Part shown: positions 30,950 to 34,341 of the stretch, piece after piece
How the letters are laid out: the number at the start of each line of letters is the position of its first letter
How positions within the stretch are numbered: the stretch's first letter is position 1
NCBI RefSeq assembly: GCF_018977255.1
Contig: NW_024705565.1
Span: forward strand, 1 to 34,341
DNA length: 34,341 nt
Direction: 5' to 3'
Origin: Callorhinchus milii
Lineage: Eukaryota
Notes under the pieces: model-generated
Seen by the model: the letters and a program-made list of their open reading frames with translations, nothing else
What the model was told of the DNA's origin: nothing
The model's database searches: none
Translations under genes and position numbers: made by a program

Positions 30950-33900
30950 GGACACGGGGAGCGGCGGCAGGACAGCGCGGGGAGGAGCCTGGGCCTACCT
31001 ACCCAGGTATTTAAACTCGATGCGGCAGGGCGTCCAGCCACACGGGGAGCGGCGGCCGGACAGCACGGGGAGGAGCCTGGGCCTACCTACACAGGTACTT
31101 AAGGTCGCGGCGGCAGGGAGTGCAGACAGGGGGGAGCGGGGATGTGGGGCTGAGGAGGGAAGGGGTAGGGTTGAAGCGGGGGAACCGTAGACGTCTTAGT
31201 TTAGTTTTCAGGAGCGTTCCCGGGCAAAAAAAAAATCCTCTGCGCCCCCGACCTCTGGGCTCATATCAGGGACCACCATGGTCCTGTTGGGTTGGCTGCC
31301 CCAGCCCCAGCCTTCGGGATAATACCATTCTCCTGACCGCTCGCTCCCGGTCCCCGGGTGCGCACTATGGCTGCCGCCTTGACCCGAGGTCCCTCATCCC
31401 CTCCCTCCCTCCTCCATCCTCTCTAACCACAAACCCTCCCCCCTATACATATCTCCAGCTCTGTCCTACTCTCCCTCCGTCCCTCTCGCCGTCTATCCCT
31501 ACTTGACCATCGCACAACCTCCCTCTGTTCCAGCCTGGGAATCCTCCACCGGTCTCACCGTGGCACTCAGCGTTGGCTGTCCAGCAGCAGCCACACCGAC
31601 TGCCCCATTCCCCACCACACTCGCCAGCCACCCCGGAAACAGACCCGGGGAGCTAACCTCTCCGCCCTCATCCCCATTCCCCCACCTCTGCCTCAAAACC
31701 TGGATCCCCCTCACTCCCCACACCCCCTTCTCTCATCCGCTCCCTCCACATCGGACTACAAAGCGTTCGCTTCCTGTGTAACAAGGCCGTGGTCATCAAC
31801 GTTATCATCCTTGATAAGAGCGTTGACATCATGGCCTTAACGAAAATCTGGCTCACCCCACCCCTCACGGACGCCACACCACCCGGCTACACCTACCACC
31901 ACATCCCGGCGTGGCGGTGGTGTAGCCCATATCTCAAGGACATCACTTGCCCTATCACCCTGCTCCGCTGGCTCTTTCCCCTCTTTCGAGCACCTCACCC
32001 TCTGCCAACCCTCCTTCCTCTCGCTGAAAATCTTCCTCCTCTACCGGTCCCCTAAAACCTCTCCCACATTCATCTCCGATATTTCGACACTTCTTACATC
32101 TCTCGGCCACTGCACTGATCGCCTCATCATCCTTGGCTACTTCAACCTGCACTTCAGCCCTCCTGCTCCATCTCCTCAGACTTCTCCTGCTCTCCTCGCT
32201 CAAACTCTCCCTCCACATCAACTCCCCCACTCACAGGCACGGCCACCCACTCGACTTGGTGATCAACCGGGGCCCTCAGTGTCTCGGATGTCACTTTCAC
32301 CGACAAGGCCGTCTCCGAACAGCACTTCATCTCTTTCACCACCTCCACCCCCCTCCGCACCTACACCAGACCCACCACCATCTTCTACCGCCCCTGGAAG
32401 AAGTTACTCCCACAATCCCTAACCGCTGCCTTGGAGTCCTCTGAACTGCTCTCACTCTGGCCTTCAAACCTCAGTGACCCCTCTTCTGCTCTCACCCTCC
32501 TCCACAACATCCTCTCCTCCACACTTGACACTGTTGCCCCCATCACCTCACGGACTTTCTCCTACTCTCACTCATCCCCCTGGTTCACCAACCACCTCCG
32601 CTCACTGAAGAGCCAGGTGCGGACCGCTGAACGCACCTGGGTCAAATCTGGCATAACGGTCCACCGACAAATCTGTCTGCTCCACTCCTCAAAACCTACC
32701 GCTCCACTCCAGTCTCGGCCAAATCGTCCATCTACTCCAGGATAATCCTGGAGGCGAAGAACAACCCCAGGCTACTGTTTGCGACCACATTCCGACTCCT
32801 TCGTCCCCCCCGCCACCCCACGCAAGTCATCTCATACAACCTGACTGCGAGGAGATGCTGGATTTCCTTCAATCCAAAATCAAGGGAATCCGCCTCTGCG
32901 GTCACTCCCCCTCCAACTTCCACGCAACCACAAACCCCTCCGTCCCACACTCCGAATCCTAACCATCCCCCCTGCATATCTTCGTACCCGTTTCCACACC
33001 CTCTGTCACCAAACTCATCCTGTCCCTGAAACCCACCACCTGCTCCCTTGACCCCATCCCCACTCCACTCCTTATCTCTCAGCTCCACCTCCTTGCATGC
33101 ACATATCACTGACATCATCAAACTGTCCCTCTCTTCTGGCTCTGTTCCAATTCCTAAAAACTGCCATCACCACTCCCACTTTGAAAAAACCCTCCCTTGT
33201 TGCGTCGCAGCTAAAAACTGCCATCATCAATCCCATTTTGAAAAAACACTCCCTTGATGCGTCGCAGCTATCAAACTACCGGCCCATCTCCAACCTCCCC
33301 TTTCCGTCCAAGGTCCTGGAACGAGTTGTTGCCTCCCAGCTGCGCTCTTTCCTCTCCACCCTTTCATTATTCTAACTCCTTCAGTCGGGTTCCGTGCTGC
33401 CCATAGCACAGAAACTGCTCTGGTCAAGGTCACCAGTGACATCCTGATCATCTATAACCAGGGCTCCCTCTGCCGCCTCGTCCTCCTTGACCTATCGGCA
33501 GCATTTGATACGGTCGAGCATGCTATCCTCCTCCACCGCTTGTCCTCCCACCTGAACCTTCAAGGTCCTGTCCTTGACTGGTTTAGATCGTACCACTCCC
33601 ACCGTCTTCACTTTGTCTCCACCAATGTTTATTCCTCCGGCACCCGCACTTTCTCGTGCGGTGTCTCTCAAGGCTCTGTCCTCGGTCCCCTCCTCGTCAC
33701 CCTCTACATGCTCCCCCTTGGTGACATCATCCGCAGATATGGGGTTAACTTCCACATGTATGCGGATGACACTCAACTCTACCTTTCCTCCTCTACCCTC
33801 AACTCCACGACCCCCGATGTCCTGACAGCCTACCTGTCCGACGTAGAGTCCTGGACGTGAGACAACTTTCTTCAGCTCAACGTGCGTAAAACTGAGGACC

Positions 33901-34341
33901 TCCTGATTGGTTCCATCAGCGCCTCCGCACCTCAGCCGCTGACAGCATCAGCATCCAAGGCTGCGCTCTCAACCTCTCAAAGCCAGTCAGGAACCTCGGC
34001 GTGCTGTTCGATCCTGAGCTGTCCTTACTCCCTCATATCCGCGCCATAACTGGCACCGCCTTCCATCACCTCCGGAATGTCGCCAGACTACGGCAATACC
34101 TCACCCCTCAAGCTGCTGAAACTCCGATCTGCTCCACATTCCCCGCCCCAACCGCCCTACTCTCGGTGGCCGGGCCTTCAGCCTCTCAGCCCCAAGGCTC
34201 TGGCATTCCATCCCCCAGTGCCTTCGCCTTGCTTCCTCCCTTTCCTTCTACATGGCCGGTCTCAAGACCCTTCTTTTTGACCGCGCCTTCAGCTCCCCTC
34301 TCGACTCTCTGCCCCCTCCTCGCTCCCTCCCTTCCCTCCCC
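30950..34341 (+). mobile_element. Long degenerate L2-clade LINE: putative 5' region, APE endonuclease and reverse transcriptase, with many frameshifts
   Basis: VDIMALTKIWL, THRHGHPLDLV, SPWFT, NYRPISNLPFPSKVLERVV, GVSQGSVLGPLL and YADDTQLY; 3' ORF2 internally deleted near 34135. Confidence 0.93.

Overview
Vertebrate genomic DNA, most likely from a cartilaginous fish and possibly a chimaera. This is inferred from the GPR139-like/TRIM gene types and from Deu-domain tRNA-SINEs, CR1 and L2 LINEs. The window holds two recently duplicated two-exon class A GPCR genes of the GPR139/GPR142-like type on the + strand. Copy 2 (24197-26521) is intact at 332 aa. Copy 1 (1286-3619) has a +1 frameshift near 2779. 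Between them lies an intact six-coding-exon TRIM gene (RING/B-box/coiled-coil/PRY-SPRY, 473 aa) on the - strand, with an ISRE-like element just upstream of its ATG. Two decayed SPRY-exon relics follow GPCR copy 2, suggesting a repeatedly duplicated convergent GPCR-TRIM unit. The TRIM gene is flanked by a strand-skewed GC-rich minisatellite and a ~20-bp-unit minisatellite containing a Penelope-like relic with a degenerate hammerhead core. The rest is SINEs, CR1/L2 relics, simple repeats and a long degenerate L2 at the right end. I cannot support a wholly new biological system from sequence alone. The best candidate is the co-duplicating orphan-GPCR / interferon-responsive TRIM cassette. All alignments were done by eye.
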